DNA of 55,719 bases from a virus (lineage: Duplodnaviria > Caudoviricetes), in IMG/VR virus record IMGVR_UViG_3300006735_004667, positions 1 through 55,719 of that record; one strand, given 5' to 3'. The notes beneath the pieces were generated by a model, which saw only the letters and a program-made list of their open reading frames with translations, ran no database searches and was not told where the DNA came from. A program made the translations under genes and the position numbers. The first letter of the stretch is position 1; every line of letters starts with the position of its first letter. Shown piece after piece: positions 54,017 through 55,719 of this stretch.

Positions 54017-55270
54017 ATGGCAGGAAAAAATTTCAAAAAACTTCAGAGTAGAATTAATAATTATGTGGGTTCAGTAGATGGTGATATATCAAACATCGGT
54101 GACAAAGTTTCAAACTTTAGAAATAATTTTGGTACAGGAAAAAATATATCTAACTTTTTTGACCAAAGACTTGCAGACGGATTAGATACTCTTATTCAAG
54201 GTTCTTTAGGTGTTCGTACATCTAACATACCTGAAATTAGTGATAAAGTAGCGTTAGCTAGACAAGAGAATAGACTTGCTAGAAATAATGCTCTTTCTAA
54301 GTTAGTAAAAGGAGAGGAAAAACCTTCTACACATAAGTTGTTCAGATATCCTGAGATGTATACAAATGAAGATGGTACTAAAAATACATTTCCTAATTAT
54401 ATTCATTTCAGGTCTTTAGAAAGAAGACACAAACCAGGTAGAGCAAAAACAAAAGACGGTAGATTCATTGATGGTGTTGCTAGTATGTCAGATGATGATA
54501 CAGAATTGTATGATATATTTTTATCTCTACCTGATAATCTTGTTGATAATTTAGCAGTTTCATATGCTGAATCTGAAGCTGGTATGTTAGACCAACTAAT
54601 TGGAACTCTCTTTAATACAAATAATGATGTAATGAACAACTCTGTTTTTGATAAAGCACAAGTAAAACAAGCTCTTTTAAAAATGTTACCTGGTAATGAT
54701 TTAAGAGAATTTGGTCAAGGTAAAATGAATAATCCTATGAAATTTAATAAATTTTCAGGTGTACCTTTTAGAACATTCACTTATCAATTTACACTTAGAC
54801 CAAAAAACCCACAAGAATCAAATACACTATTACAAATAATAAGTGCTTTCAAAAAGTCCATGTTACCTGGTGTTGAAGGTGCAGGTTCTAAAATATGGAC
54901 TTTTCCTAATGAGTGGGCTATTGAATTTGATGGTCTTATAAAAAATTGGGTTGACTTTCCTTTGACATCTGTTTGTACTAGTTGTGATGTTGACTATACA
55001 GCTGGTCAAGGATATGCTCCCACGATTGATGGAGCTCCACAAGCTTTTACAATGTCTTTAGGATTTACAGAAACAACACCATTACATAGACAAAGATTCT
55101 ATGATGAAGTTTCAGCTGCAAATCCAGATAGAAAATCTAGAGCAGCACAGGGTTCTGAAATTACAGATAAAATGATAGAAGAAATAGAAAATGCCGAAGC
55201 AGAAGCTGAAGCTGAAGCAGCAAGATTACTTGAAGCAAAAGAAAAAGAAAACCAAAAACCGGTGGAATAA
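54017..55270 (+). CDS. gp48: Baseplate tail-tube cap (gp48-like)
   Basis: YP, LP..L.D..., NP....F.G..FRTF.YQF.L.PKN..ES, P.E, L.F.E; synteny with gp53. Confidence 0.75.
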   Translation: MAGKNFKKLQSRINNYVGSVDGDISNIGDKVSNFRNNFGTGKNISNFFDQRLADGLDTLIQGSLGVRTSNIPEISDKVALARQENRLARNNALSKLVKGEEKPSTHKLFRYPEMYTNEDGTKNTFPNYIHFRSLERRHKPGRAKTKDGRFIDGVASMSDDDTELYDIFLSLPDNLVDNLAVSYAESEAGMLDQLIGTLFNTNNDVMNNSVFDKAQVKQALLKMLPGNDLREFGQGKMNNPMKFNKFSGVPFRTFTYQFTLRPKNPQESNTLLQIISAFKKSMLPGVEGAGSKIWTFPNEWAIEFDGLIKNWVDFPLTSVCTSCDVDYTAGQGYAPTIDGAPQAFTMSLGFTETTPLHRQRFYDEVSAANPDRKSRAAQGSEITDKMIEEIENAEAEAEAEAARLLEAKEKENQKPVE

Positions 55271-55272
55271 TA

Positions 55273-55719
55273 ATGAGTACAGGATTTTTTAAACATATAC
55301 CAACAATAGCTTATGACTTTAAAAGTGATGGTAAATTTTCTGAAGCAAAAGACCTTTTTCGTAAAGTAGGAGTTTGGTCTTATTTACAAGAAGGTATTAC
55401 AGGTTATTCTTACTACAGAATAACAGAAGGTGAAAGACCTGATTCTGTAGCAACAAAACTTTATGGTGATGCTACTTTATATTGGTTGTTCTTTTTAGTA
55501 AATGAAAATTTACAAGATTTAAATGATTGGCCAAAAGGTCAAAGACAATTTGAAAAATATCTTGATAGAAAATATTCAGGTAAATCTCTTACAGCATCAG
55601 ACTCAACTGATATAGTTTCATATAATCATACAACAGAAGTATCTAGTAAATTTTTATTAGGAGAAAAAGTTAGTCAATCAGATAGTGTGTTCGGGTTTGT
55701 TACAAGTGTTGAACCAACC
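55273..55719 (+). CDS. gp53: Baseplate wedge subunit (gp53-like), partial
   Basis: FF..IP.I.YD, Y.I.EGERPD.VA.KLYGD..LYW.F.LVN...DWP. Confidence 0.85.
   Translation, partial: MSTGFFKHIPTIAYDFKSDGKFSEAKDLFRKVGVWSYLQEGITGYSYYRITEGERPDSVATKLYGDATLYWLFFLVNENLQDLNDWPKGQRQFEKYLDRKYSGKSLTASDSTDIVSYNHTTEVSSKFLLGEKVSQSDSVFGFVTSVEPT

Noticed and set aside
2629-55296. Many minus-strand and off-frame ORFs in the track (e.g. 2629-2886, 4791-5156, 13228-13599, 29568-30041, 45042-45572, 49331-49543)
   Set aside because: They lie inside well-supported genes, lack RBS and motifs, and have the composition of antisense or shadow frames.
1-55719. tRNA genes or stop-codon recoding
   Set aside because: No intergenic cloverleaf with a T-loop seen; TAA, TAG and TGA all terminate intact core genes.

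Overview
AT-rich segment of a T4-like (Straboviridae/Kyanoviridae-type) myophage genome in the standard genetic code. It is probably aquatic or marine with a proteobacterial host; this is inferred from denV, hsp20, cytochrome c, IscU, ACP and a TorF-like porin. Layout: 0.2-8.7 kb holds hsp20, lysozyme, denV, gp43, uvsX, gp41 and a HAD nucleotidase. 8.7-26.3 kb is a late-promoter-driven cluster of modular proteins, many starting with T4 internal-protein capsid-targeting-like peptides (MKxF...I/LxE) and punctuated by gp21-like I/L-x-E sites; they carry PAP2 phosphatase, ligase-like, HIGH-NTase, P-loop kinase and nuclease-like modules. This cluster is my best candidate for an undescribed virion-packaged, protease-processed polyprotein effector system. 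26.9-33.4 kb holds ACP, spanins, primase, nrdAB, cytochrome c and glutaredoxin. 33.4-44 kb holds small genes around a divergent early-promoter island. 44-48.4 kb holds an exonuclease, iscU, gp33, bS21, gp59 and gp32, followed by a structured ncRNA candidate. 48.6-55.7 kb holds tail/baseplate/head-completion genes, including a predicted -1 frameshift gp26-gp51 fusion. No tRNA, CRISPR array, intron or intein was seen. All product calls come from motifs and synteny read by eye; no searches were run.
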